A stretch of 64,000 bases of DNA, taken from IMG/VR virus record IMGVR_UViG_3300027776_000009; one strand, 5' to 3'. Positions 27,740-36,526 of the stretch are shown piece by piece. A model generated the notes under the pieces. It ran no database searches. It was not told the DNA's origin and worked only from the letters and a program-made list of their open reading frames with translations. Both the position numbers and the translations under genes were made by a program. Within the stretch, counting starts at the first letter, position 1; the number at the start of each line of letters is the position of its first letter. The DNA comes from a virus. Its lineage: Duplodnaviria > Caudoviricetes.

Positions 27740-29311
27740 TTAAGCTGCAAACCACAGATTACTGTAAGAGGCTTCTCGAATGTAAAACTCATCCTTGGTC
27801 TCTACGACCACGCGGTAACGGAACCCCGGAACATCAAAGGTTTCCGGATTCGTGATCAGATAGACCCTAGGTGATAACTCATCAATCGAGGCAAAGAAGT
27901 TCCGCCCCGGCAGTTCAGTGCCAATCAGGAGCCGGAGGGAGGCAGTGCGTTCCTCACCCTTCCAGCAATAGTTGACAACAACATCCAGGTACTGCTTATC
28001 ACCCACCTTCAGTAGTGTCTTCGTTACCGGCGGTTTCTTCGGATTGGGTTGCGTAGTCTCATAGAGGACATCGGTCAGATCGGTCAATCGCGCCTGAGAC
28101 GGAAGGCTCTTGTTCACATACGCTCTTAGCCATCCTTCCAAAGGCTCCAGTTGGTTCATAGCGCGATATATCAACAAGGGTGGATCTGATACACGCACCA
28201 ACGCAGACTGAGTTCCAAAAATCACATTAGGAGATTCAGAGGGTCTTGAGATATAGCGGTGACCAAACTCCGTGAGTTCACGATGCGCCAGTCGTCCAAA
28301 CAAAGCATCCAGTCGACCAATGACGTAATGGTTTACTCCGCGCTCCCCCGTCTTCTTCAAGAAGTCCACAACCGTGTTGAGATATGCGGGTGCCGACTTC
28401 AGCATCGCAATAGCGTAGAAGGCTTTACTCTTAGCGACCCCCGCGTCTGAATCATCCGCTGTGCCAAAATGATTCCCCGTAAAAAAGAGCTGATGCTCCC
28501 CTATATGGACACTTGACTCGGGATCCAGATACCACAGCGGATCGGTCAAGAACGGATGCCGATCTGGGCTATGGTTCCAGTACCCCTTGGGTGAATAGTA
28601 ACGAACAATCCCGTCGGGATGACCGTTTTGTGTCCCGAAGATTCCGGAGGTCGCTAGGAAGTCCGCGTACCAATTCCCCATGGAGTCCGAGTGCCCCTTG
28701 ACCCACTCAAAACGAAAGCTCACTCCATTATTAATCAGCGTGCTGTAGAGCATGAGGGTTTCTCGCCACCACTGGTGATTCGGAACCATTGATCCGTCAC
28801 CGCGACGCCACCCCGCCTTTGCCCAGCGCGCTGCGCCGCCGTCAATACCACCCAGTGCATATTCGCTATCCAGTCGGAAGAATACTCGCTTGATCCCCAA
28901 ATGCTGGACAAGACGCAACGCGTGGTAAAGTGCAGCAGCTTCGGCTTCATTGTTAGTGGATGGAGCCATCAACCCACCTCTGGCTTCCAAATACTGAAGC
29001 ACAGTGACCGGTGGAGAGTCGCTACTCTTCGTGAGTTCTGATCCCTCACCCGTTGGCAACAAGCCCATGGCCGTAGGAACGAACCCCTTCCCCCCATGGC
29101 CCTGTTTAGGAGCATCGGTGTGATAGAGATAACCGAAGATCCCCCACCCTCCGTTTCCACGAGGCGTTGGTCGACAGCCGCCGTCTGTGTAGAAGACCAA
29201 CCCGAGCGGAGAATCATCCAACTTCAGTACGGCTCGCTGAGTGGATATATCCGTTTCCCACTGCGTAATATCGGGTAGCGTCAAACTCCCGCGTTGCTCT
29301 TGTGTAGCCAT
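27740..29311 (-). CDS. RNase H1 with C-terminal extension (phiKZ gp155-like)
   Basis: FYTDGGC, TNNEAE, LDSEY, WVKGHS and GNWYADFLA give the complete RNase HI active-site set. Confidence 0.92.
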   Translation of the reverse strand: MATQEQRGSLTLPDITQWETDISTQRAVLKLDDSPLGLVFYTDGGCRPTPRGNGGWGIFGYLYHTDAPKQGHGGKGFVPTAMGLLPTGEGSELTKSSDSPPVTVLQYLEARGGLMAPSTNNEAEAAALYHALRLVQHLGIKRVFFRLDSEYALGGIDGGAARWAKAGWRRGDGSMVPNHQWWRETLMLYSTLINNGVSFRFEWVKGHSDSMGNWYADFLATSGIFGTQNGHPDGIVRYYSPKGYWNHSPDRHPFLTDPLWYLDPESSVHIGEHQLFFTGNHFGTADDSDAGVAKSKAFYAIAMLKSAPAYLNTVVDFLKKTGERGVNHYVIGRLDALFGRLAHRELTEFGHRYISRPSESPNVIFGTQSALVRVSDPPLLIYRAMNQLEPLEGWLRAYVNKSLPSQARLTDLTDVLYETTQPNPKKPPVTKTLLKVGDKQYLDVVVNYCWKGEERTASLRLLIGTELPGRNFFASIDELSPRVYLITNPETFDVPGFRYRVVVETKDEFYIREASYSNLWFAA

Positions 29312-29359
29312 GTGTACGTACTCAATGCTTAGTCCATAGCTAATGAGACTCTGTGTTTT

Positions 29360-29668
29360 TTAATGACACAGGGTTTGCTGATGCTGCCGTAAATTATCCA
29401 AGGTCTTCTGAGCCTGCTTCCCATAATCGCGGAGCTCTTTGATCTTAGCGACCAATACGTCTTCGGTTTTCTCACGATCTTTAGCGATCACGTCCGTGAT
29501 CACAGGGACGTCAGGAACAGGTTCCAGCGTAGGAATACTCAGTGCCTGACACGATGTGGATGTTGGCGCAAAGGCGGGCTGTCCTGGAATAGTAATCATA
29601 ACGCAAGCCACCAATGTCATGGTGACTGCGGTGCTCATCAGAAGTTTCATCAGTACATATCTCATCAC
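29360..29668 (-). CDS. lipoprotein, candidate outer-membrane spanin (o-spanin)
   Basis: Signal peptide ending in lipobox LVAC, Pro-rich linker, coiled coil, C-terminal Cys. Confidence 0.6.
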   Translation of the reverse strand: MMRYVLMKLLMSTAVTMTLVACVMITIPGQPAFAPTSTSCQALSIPTLEPVPDVPVITDVIAKDREKTEDVLVAKIKELRDYGKQAQKTLDNLRQHQQTLCH

Positions 29669-30114
29669 GAGTTCCTATCACGAATAGCGTTCAGTTTGTC
29701 AGCAATACCTGATGTAGGCGGCTTCTTACCGGATCGACGGGGCTTTGCTTGATGAGTCGATGTCGGTGAAGTTGCCACCTTGGGGGTATTACACCGGATA
29801 GCTATTGCCGTCGCCAGCGTATTGCGACATTGTTCGTATTCTGCCATAATGGCGGCACTTCGACTTAAGTCAGCCTCCATGACCTTTTGCTCATTGGTGT
29901 AACCAGCGATGCGGTTTTGCGCATCAAAGTTTATTTCCAACAAAAGCATACTCAACACGAATAGAACCGTGTTCGTTATACAAAGGAATGCTGAAAACTT
30001 ATGGCGGCGCAGAAACCCCATTAGGGTGCTTCTGTTTAAGAAGATTTCCTTGAAGAACGACCATAGCTTCGGAGGGATGGGGTTAGGAGGGGGTGTTGCT
30101 GGCGGTGTAGTCAT
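29665..30114 (-). CDS. single-TM protein, candidate inner-membrane spanin (i-spanin)
   Basis: One TM segment (FSAFLCITNTVLFVLSMLLL), then a coiled coil with Cys residues. Stop overlaps the start of the lipoprotein gene. Confidence 0.55.
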   Translation of the reverse strand: MTTPPATPPPNPIPPKLWSFFKEIFLNRSTLMGFLRRHKFSAFLCITNTVLFVLSMLLLEINFDAQNRIAGYTNEQKVMEADLSRSAAIMAEYEQCRNTLATAIAIRCNTPKVATSPTSTHQAKPRRSGKKPPTSGIADKLNAIRDRNS

Positions 30115-30198
30115 GACGTGCTCGTATCTGGTTGAAAAATGGTCATACTATTTCTGCAAGATCTTATGACCTTTTCCAAACACCGTAGTGAGGATGTA

Positions 30199-31524
30199 AT
30201 GAACATTTTTAAGGCGTTTGCTTCCATCCCCGCAGAAGTCAATAACCTGCCGGGACAAGTGGCTACGTTTGGGGAACTCAGCCCCCTCTCGAAGACCTTT
30301 ACTCGGCTTCCGACGCTGTATTCAGCCCCCACCAATCCCGGATTTGAACTGGTGGGATTCCACGCTAAATCTGATGCCGGTATCGCCTTTACCCCGACAG
30401 GTACTCTGACGCAACATCAGTTGGATGTCGTGAGCTGGATTCTGAACGCGCACAACACCGGTTCTATTCCTGCCAACAGCAGCAAAGCCGCATTTATTCT
30501 GGCAATTGAAACCCAATTTCCCACGATCACCAACGTGGAAATTAACGAGATCCTGAACGGGACTCCGATCACTTCTCGTTTCCCGGACTTTGTCAAGTGG
30601 CGGTTTTCGGACAGTGGAACCGAATACGAAACCACGATATGGTTTGCCGACTCGCGTTTCCAATCCCAATATGATCAGTACGAGATTCTGCTGATTCCAC
30701 CCATCACTCCCATTGACAACCTCAACGCCAGTACCTCTGTCGTAACCGATCTCATCCAGGCGGTTGAACCCTCAGATATTCTGGCACAAGCAACTACACT
30801 GGCGGGTATCTATCCGTACACGGGTTTGGTGACACACAACGTTGTCTGGAACAATCCGGTTGCGCCACACAACACGTTGAACACAACGTGGTATGTGCTG
30901 GGCTATGGCCCTCTGGCTTTCGACGTTGATAACATCAAGAACGCCATTCGGGAATACATCACGACTCACACGGCTTTGCCGCCGGGTACGTGGAATGTCA
31001 TCTACGCCGGCTTGTACGCCGAGAACGAGTTTGTACTGATTCCCTTGTGGGGAGATATGGCAATTCCGGTTGATGGATTGGACGTTGCTATTTACGACGC
31101 CATCGTACGCACTGGGAATCTGAGCACCATTGCGACGGACTATCTCCCGTCCTCCTATGCAGATTCTGTAACGCTGAGCAGCTATCTCGCTGCCAATCTG
31201 GAAATCATCGCGTCCTACTGGCGTTCCATCATGATGGTCGGTGTCGGAAACCCCAACAATGTTGACGCCAATACCCGGCTGAGTATGCTGTATCCAGACT
31301 ATGCGTCCATCCAACCCAGCTCAGCAGACTGGATGCGAATGAGTGCGGGCACGCGTGATTTCGTATCGCAGTTGGTAGCGGGGTTGGAAGTGGCGTTGAC
31401 GATGACCAGTACGTCGGGTATCCCGGTGGGGTTTGGTCGAGCTACGCGGGATGGGAAGGTCTATACCACCTTTACCTACAGCGGGTACACGTACTTCATC
31501 CTCACCGCTGCTAGCTACAGCTAA
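30199..31524 (+). CDS. virion structural protein (phiKZ gp157-like)
   Basis: Likely start MNIFK at 30199 (GAGGA Shine-Dalgarno). N-terminal NN.PG.VA.FGELS motif. TTATG upstream. Confidence 0.7.
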   Translation: MNIFKAFASIPAEVNNLPGQVATFGELSPLSKTFTRLPTLYSAPTNPGFELVGFHAKSDAGIAFTPTGTLTQHQLDVVSWILNAHNTGSIPANSSKAAFILAIETQFPTITNVEINEILNGTPITSRFPDFVKWRFSDSGTEYETTIWFADSRFQSQYDQYEILLIPPITPIDNLNASTSVVTDLIQAVEPSDILAQATTLAGIYPYTGLVTHNVVWNNPVAPHNTLNTTWYVLGYGPLAFDVDNIKNAIREYITTHTALPPGTWNVIYAGLYAENEFVLIPLWGDMAIPVDGLDVAIYDAIVRTGNLSTIATDYLPSSYADSVTLSSYLAANLEIIASYWRSIMMVGVGNPNNVDANTRLSMLYPDYASIQPSSADWMRMSAGTRDFVSQLVAGLEVALTMTSTSGIPVGFGRATRDGKVYTTFTYSGYTYFILTAASYS

Positions 31525-31535
31525 GGGGTACACCG

Positions 31536-32195
31536 ATGGCTAAGCTAACTCCCCCCATACGTGCGCGTGGCGCGTTCCAGCTCAAAACCCCGTGGTCTGT
31601 TAACCCCAATATGGTCTACACCTGTGTGGCCATACGGGGGTTTGAAGATATCTACGAAACCGGGTTAGACGTTTACAAGACGTTCTACGAACCCATGGGG
31701 GTTACGAATGGTGCTGTCATTGATTCTTCAGTCTTTGACTTTGAAGTAGAAAGCGCCAAGAAGCCTAACATCATCACACTGCTGGGAGCTGACGGATCTA
31801 CAGTACATGTCCCGGACACATTCATTGCAGCGTATCCGGAAACTGCTGTGCCGCGATTCGTACGAATCGTGATTGCGGCTGAGCTCCCACCCTTGCTGGA
31901 AACTGCTAACCTCACAGCCGTCAAGGATGGTGTCCGTGATTACATTGCCCAACATTACGGCGCGTTACCCACCATGATGGAATGGCGTGCGCCGGTGGAT
32001 ATCGATCCTGTGAGTGTTGGTGCTACTACGCTCCAACAAGCAGCGGATAACTTAGAGACGATCCGTTTAGCTGCTATTACGGAACTGGATACGGATCGTG
32101 CGAAGTTGATCAAAGCTCAGAACGACAACGCGTTGTTACAAGCTCAAGTCACGGCGCTCACCACTATCCTGCAACAAAATGGATGGTTGCCGTAA
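31536..32195 (+). CDS. conserved hypothetical/virion protein with C-terminal coiled coil
   Basis: 219 aa, co-transcribed with the preceding gene. Confidence 0.75.
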   Translation: MAKLTPPIRARGAFQLKTPWSVNPNMVYTCVAIRGFEDIYETGLDVYKTFYEPMGVTNGAVIDSSVFDFEVESAKKPNIITLLGADGSTVHVPDTFIAAYPETAVPRFVRIVIAAELPPLLETANLTAVKDGVRDYIAQHYGALPTMMEWRAPVDIDPVSVGATTLQQAADNLETIRLAAITELDTDRAKLIKAQNDNALLQAQVTALTTILQQNGWLP

Positions 32196-32197
32196 GA

Positions 32198-32250
32198 GCA
32201 AAAAAAAAAGACATAGTTCGGAGGGAGCGTTGCTCCCTCCGAGTATGCCG
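32198..32250. terminator. bidirectional hairpin carrying both tail types
   Basis: TCGGAGGGAGC-GTT-GCTCCCTCCGA. Plus-side tail GTATGCCG; minus-side tail ACTATGTC followed by a long T-run. Confidence 0.8.
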
Positions 32251-32664
32251 TTAGATGACGGGTAGCCATGGAAGTGAGACAGTATCCATCCCCATCTTCT
32301 TCGCAGCGTAGTTTACCGTGGTGTCCTGAATCCCAAGGATCTCCGTGATGACGTCAAAGTGTCCTTCAACGTGTTCTTGGAGCTGTGCCAACAGGATCAT
32401 CAGTCCGTAAACCTTGGCATCGTGATTGCTCATACTCGGTAGCATGCCGGCATACAGAAACACCATGTCGCACAGATAACCCGGGAGGGTGCGAATCCCC
32501 ACCGACTGTTGGTAATCCGTGGCTGGTTCGTGCGAGAGTTTGTAGACAGGTCGTTTCTGTCCGTAATAGTGCGCCCCGGCATCCTTATCTTGGGGCATGA
32601 CAGCGTACGTAGGAGCCGGTATAATCTCCAGATTAACATCGGTTGGAAAACTATATATTGTCAT
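32251..32664 (-). CDS. hypothetical protein
   Basis: 137 aa, GAGGT Shine-Dalgarno. Confidence 0.75.
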   Translation of the reverse strand: MTIYSFPTDVNLEIIPAPTYAVMPQDKDAGAHYYGQKRPVYKLSHEPATDYQQSVGIRTLPGYLCDMVFLYAGMLPSMSNHDAKVYGLMILLAQLQEHVEGHFDVITEILGIQDTTVNYAAKKMGMDTVSLPWLPVI

Positions 32665-32673
32665 GATAACCTC

Positions 32674-32742
32674 GTTTAGGACAAAAAAGAAAGGGAGGAA
32701 AATCCCCCCTTTCTCCCTCCCACACTCTCACCTGTGGGAGGG
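32674..32742 (-). terminator. double hairpin with U-tract
   Basis: TCCCTCCCACA...TGTGGGAGGGA, then GAAAGGG...CCCTTTC followed by TTTTTTGTCCTAAAC (the same tail as at 16814-16830). Confidence 0.7.
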
Positions 32743-32749
32743 AAAGACG

Positions 32750-33046
32750 TTAGACCGGCGCGTCGCCGATCAGGTCGGCGGCAGGAGCACCGCCGACCTT
32801 CCAGATCGAATAACCAATGCCGGCGGCGGCGCCGACACCTACGCCAAGGGCGAAGGAATACTTACCTTTGTTGCGGGACACGTGTCCCTTGGCCTTGCCG
32901 AAGATGGATTTCTTAGCCGGTACCTTTGCCGCCACTTCGTCGACGCTCTTCAGGATATCGGTGACTTCAGTCACCGATGGAGCGCCATTGACGAAGTGGC
33001 GAATGGTTTCAGAACCGGCGTCTTGAGTTTGAGTTTGAGTAGTCAT
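32750..33046 (-). CDS. small early protein with C-terminal TM segment
   Basis: 98 aa with hydrophobic YSFALGVGVGAAAGIGYSIW. AGGAGG Shine-Dalgarno, its own promoter, biased codons. Confidence 0.8.
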   Translation of the reverse strand: MTTQTQTQDAGSETIRHFVNGAPSVTEVTDILKSVDEVAAKVPAKKSIFGKAKGHVSRNKGKYSFALGVGVGAAAGIGYSIWKVGGAPAADLIGDAPV

Positions 33047-33051
33047 GATGT

Positions 33052-33065
33052 GTCCTCCTACGGAC
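33052..33065 (-). promoter_or_regulatory. SD-containing hairpin element (copy 3)
   Basis: Exact GTCCGTAGGAGGAC, 5 nt before ATG. Confidence 0.75.
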
Positions 33066-33095
33066 GTTGGTTATGCAGATTATTCTGCTTGGTCC

Positions 33096-33117
33096 CTTAA
33101 GTGATATATATCTGAAA
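33096..33117 (-). promoter_or_regulatory. putative early promoter
   Basis: Minus strand TTTCAGATATATATCACTTAAG. Confidence 0.75.
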
Positions 33118-33170
33118 AAAATTAGGATCATGTTTTTTCACAGTGGGAGGTCTCCCTCCCACGGATCGTG

Positions 33171-33392
33171 TCACTGCCAGCGGAAATACTTGCACGGCTG
33201 TAGCACAAACGCAATATCATCCTCGTTCTCGTATCCTAAGAACCAGTCTCGGGCACCGCAGAGGTTCATTTTCAGATGTTGCCAGTAGGTACAGCGATAA
33301 TGACACGTGCGTTCATACACCCAACTCGGCATCAGGCCGAAGTAGAGGAAGTTGAAGATTGCGCGGATACGAATCGGAAGGGATGCTTTCAT
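33171..33392 (-). CDS. small hypothetical protein
   Basis: 73 aa, AGGAG Shine-Dalgarno, promoter motif 28 nt upstream. Confidence 0.7.
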   Translation of the reverse strand: MKASLPIRIRAIFNFLYFGLMPSWVYERTCHYRCTYWQHLKMNLCGARDWFLGYENEDDIAFVLQPCKYFRWQ

Positions 33393-33419
33393 GGGGTTTC
33401 TCCTAGTAAGTTCCCTTCC

Positions 33420-33436
33420 GTAATACGTATCTGAAA
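33420..33436 (-). promoter_or_regulatory. putative early promoter
   Basis: Minus strand TTTCAGATACGTATTAC; ends like the phiKZ early consensus TATATTAC. Confidence 0.7.
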
Positions 33437-33443
33437 TCCGGCA

Positions 33444-34094
33444 TCACAGAAAAGTGTGATTCTGAACACGCGCATGATGACGCAGCAACGCGAAGTATTC
33501 CGTCAACGCAAAGAGATCGATCGTAATAACAAACCTTACATCCAACTGCTGAAGGACAAAGAAGTAGTTACTGTTGTCAAACGATGTTTCGCCCGCGCGC
33601 AGTATCTCACCCGATTCGACATATCCATAGCCAAGCTGAATCAGGGATTTCCACAGAAGCATCCCAAGCAGCGATAGTCCAGCGACGCCATCGTTCGCCA
33701 CATCGCCCCCGTTAAACCTAGAATACCATTGACGATAGTCCTGAGCCAGATTATCGAACGCGCTTTGGCTTTGCATGACGTTATAGTCGTACGGATATTC
33801 GAAGATCTGTTCCAACGTCATAAAGGGAACCCCGGGGACAGGGGTTGGGAAAAGCGCTCCTTCGTGACAGATAAATGTCGTGGTGACTTTTCCATTATCA
33901 CTACGGATATTACCGTCCAAGATACACATTCCTTCGGCAGAAAACGTTTCTTCGGCGTTCTCAATAAATGTCGTAATGACATCGAGAGAGGGTGTAACGT
34001 GGTAGAGTTCTTGGTGCTTGTTCAGCCGCTCCTTAAACCGCTGCATTGGCTTCACGGTTGCGGTGTTGAAAGATTCTACATTGGTGTTCGTCAT
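33444..34094 (-). CDS. hypothetical protein (probable paralogue of 34162..34881)
   Basis: Likely start MTNTN at 34094 (GGAGG Shine-Dalgarno). C-terminal NSNYFFVLQQLD...I.ID. Confidence 0.75.
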   Translation of the reverse strand: MTNTNVESFNTATVKPMQRFKERLNKHQELYHVTPSLDVITTFIENAEETFSAEGMCILDGNIRSDNGKVTTTFICHEGALFPTPVPGVPFMTLEQIFEYPYDYNVMQSQSAFDNLAQDYRQWYSRFNGGDVANDGVAGLSLLGMLLWKSLIQLGYGYVESGEILRAGETSFDNSNYFFVLQQLDVRFVITIDLFALTEYFALLRHHARVQNHTFL

Positions 34095-34118
34095 ACAGCC
34101 TCCAAAAAGAAATAAGAT

Positions 34119-34161
34119 GGCATAGGGTTCGAGGAGGGAGTGCCCCCTCCTCGAACTCCCA
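34119..34161 (-). terminator. hairpin followed by TATGCC
   Basis: GTTCGAGGAGGG-AGTGCC-CCCTCCTCGAAC, then CCTATGCC on the minus strand. Confidence 0.65.
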
Positions 34162-34881
34162 TCAGTGCAGCATTTCCACATTCACTTCCGCTGGAGGCGG
34201 TGGGAGCTCCTCAGCATCGTCGTCAGCTTCGCACATCTGAATCAGAACCGCCATAGCGGCCAACTCACGATAATCCACCAGGATATCCAGTTGCAAATCC
34301 CAGCGCTGGAGCGTCACCATGAAGTAGTTTTTGTTCTCTTCATGAGGACCCATGGTGCTGATTTGCCATTCAGCAATCACGGTTCTGGCTTCACTCATGG
34401 CAGCAATCGGACCCAAGATAAATTGAGGCAAGTCCATCAGGTCCGGTCCATCCGGCTGGTTAATGTCGGTCAACCACGCCGTGAACGACTCAACCAAGGC
34501 GTCCACACCCAAAGAGCGATCCGCCATATTTTCCGGACTGCGATATGTCTGCACCGCGCTGATCACACTGCGCAACCGCAGCTCGTCATCACCTTCAGTC
34601 GACATCATGCGCCACACGGTAATGCTGGCATTGGTGGGGTTAACCGCGGACTGCGCCACAGCGTAGGCCATCAGTGGAGCAATGCTGCTCAGCCCCACGC
34701 TTTGCGCGAAGATGGAGAGCAGATCACTGAGCCACTGATATACCGGTCGCATGAAGTACACTGCTGCTGTATTAACCGCGACGCGTTCACGTCGGGTCTG
34801 AAGAGAAACACCAGCATCTTCGTTGATGAAAGGGATAATCTGGCGATTGCCGACGGTTTTGGTTTCAACAGGTGCGTTCAT
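34162..34881 (-). CDS. hypothetical protein
   Basis: 239 aa, ATGA-coupled to the upstream ORF. C-terminal NKNYFMVTLQRWD...I.VD. Confidence 0.75.
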   Translation of the reverse strand: MNAPVETKTVGNRQIIPFINEDAGVSLQTRRERVAVNTAAVYFMRPVYQWLSDLLSIFAQSVGLSSIAPLMAYAVAQSAVNPTNASITVWRMMSTEGDDELRLRSVISAVQTYRSPENMADRSLGVDALVESFTAWLTDINQPDGPDLMDLPQFILGPIAAMSEARTVIAEWQISTMGPHEENKNYFMVTLQRWDLQLDILVDYRELAAMAVLIQMCEADDDAEELPPPPAEVNVEMLH

Positions 34882-35756
34882 TGTTCAACTTCCTGAGTGG
34901 GTTGGGTATTCAGACGAGCATCGTGCTCATCCATGGCCAGACGGATTTCATCAGCCAAGGCGTCCGACGTGATCGCTTCGGAGGGTTCTTGCGAAGCCTT
35001 GGCGCGGGCGTCTTTACGACGTTGACGCACCCGCTCCCGATAGCGGTCAAACTTTTCCTTCTTCGCGGGGGACAGCTTTTTCTTCGGTTTGGGGACTGAT
35101 TCAGATTCCGCCGGAGCTTCGTCTTCCTTAATTTCCGGCGGAAGAATACTCTCCTTCAGCTTGGCAGCTTCGTGCAAGAGGTACTGACTGGGGCGCAGCA
35201 TGTCGCGGATCACGTTCAGCAAGGTTTCCACGCGTTCTTGGGAATAAGAACCCGGTGGCAAATGGCGTGAACACCAGCGATCCAGATCGTCACGACCGGT
35301 AAAACCGTACCGCGGTGAGAGCGTTACCCGACGGCTACACTCGTCCACATGCTTACGCAACAGATAAATGACGTGACGGATCGCACGGGTCTTGTGCCGT
35401 TCCTTGGAAACCATGAACAACAGTGCCTGGTCTTCCGTCATTCCATCGCTGAGCAGCACCTTGTACTGCCCCTGATTCCAGAGCTTGCGCGTCCAGGGAG
35501 TATTCGGCATCAGGAAGATAGACCCCACAGCACCGGGTTCCGCGCGGCCAGCATAAATGGCCATCCACCCACCCGGGAGCTCCGGGATAACCATGTCTGA
35601 CCGCCAGAGTACATCCGTAATCAACCGGAAACCTCCTGACTGACCACGTTCATCCAGTTCGTCCGGAGTGTACTTTGCCAACAGATCCAAGGCTGTCGGC
35701 CAGACAATGCCCGTTGCCTTAATCGACCGCATTTGGTCATGCATTGATCCACGCAT
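34878..35756 (-). CDS. hypothetical protein with basic/acidic C-terminal tail
   Basis: 292 aa, GAGGA Shine-Dalgarno. Confidence 0.75.
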   Translation of the reverse strand: MRGSMHDQMRSIKATGIVWPTALDLLAKYTPDELDERGQSGGFRLITDVLWRSDMVIPELPGGWMAIYAGRAEPGAVGSIFLMPNTPWTRKLWNQGQYKVLLSDGMTEDQALLFMVSKERHKTRAIRHVIYLLRKHVDECSRRVTLSPRYGFTGRDDLDRWCSRHLPPGSYSQERVETLLNVIRDMLRPSQYLLHEAAKLKESILPPEIKEDEAPAESESVPKPKKKLSPAKKEKFDRYRERVRQRRKDARAKASQEPSEAITSDALADEIRLAMDEHDARLNTQPTQEVEQ

Positions 35757-35852
35757 ATCAGTTTCCTCTTGTTAGTATTGGGTTTTCACCACGTTGTGCC
35801 ATGCTGCACTTACTATAGTGCTACTGTGTAAACTTCTACACAGACACAGTCC

Positions 35853-35872
35853 CTTAAGTGATATGTAATTTC
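35853..35872 (-). promoter_or_regulatory. putative early promoter
   Basis: Minus strand GAAATTACATATCACTTAAG(GGAC), followed by leader hairpin CTGTGTA..TACACAG. Confidence 0.65.
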
Positions 35873-35924
35873 GTCTTTTTCGGTTGCGTAATGATATAGA
35901 CCCTTACGCACAGGAAACCCCATC

Positions 35925-36515
35925 ATGCCCCCTATGCTACGCCAGCGAGTGCGTGTGTCACTCGAAAATGAAAAAGATATTGGTCAGGAAGTTCTGGAGC
36001 TGGAATATACGTTCTACGGTAAGATCCGAGACTTTACTGAACTGAGCAAAGCTTTTCGTAAAGAAGAGCACGAGCAATGGATCCTTCCGATTGGTGATGA
36101 AAATGCTCCTGTCAGAGCGCGCTTGCGAGCGGTTGATGGGAACGATTTCCTCTTGACCACCAAGACCAAACGCGATGGTCAACCCGGTGTCTTGGAAATC
36201 ACGGAAGTGATTCATCACGCTATGTTTAAGCAATTGACCAAGGTCGCTATTGATGGGTACAAGAAGACCCGGTACGTTTTCCGTGTCCCCAATTCGGGAC
36301 TCCTGTGGGAAATCGATGTCTTCCAAAACCAACAAGGCAGCCCCCATGTCTGGGTGAAGATCGATCTGGAGGTCAAGTCAGCCGAGGATAAGATCCCGCC
36401 ACTGCCCGTCCAGTTTGATGATTTGATTTTGGTAAATGGTCCGCGTTGGGATAAAGCCCAAGAGGACTTTGTCGATAACCTGTGGGATAAGGAATGGGCT
36501 AAAATTGCTGCCTGA
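35925..36515 (+). CDS. CYTH/triphosphate tunnel metalloenzyme-like protein
   Basis: ELEY (ExE), RARLR, LTTK, KKTRY, WEIDVF and IDLEV occur in CYTH order. N-terminal S-L-E maturation site. Confidence 0.7.
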   Translation: MPPMLRQRVRVSLENEKDIGQEVLELEYTFYGKIRDFTELSKAFRKEEHEQWILPIGDENAPVRARLRAVDGNDFLLTTKTKRDGQPGVLEITEVIHHAMFKQLTKVAIDGYKKTRYVFRVPNSGLLWEIDVFQNQQGSPHVWVKIDLEVKSAEDKIPPLPVQFDDLILVNGPRWDKAQEDFVDNLWDKEWAKIAA

Positions 36516-36526
36516 GGAGTGACATT

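Noticed and set aside
33023-33041. TGAGTT tandem hexamer
   Set aside because: Encodes TQTQTQ at the N-terminus of the 98-aa protein. It is in-frame and too short to be informative.
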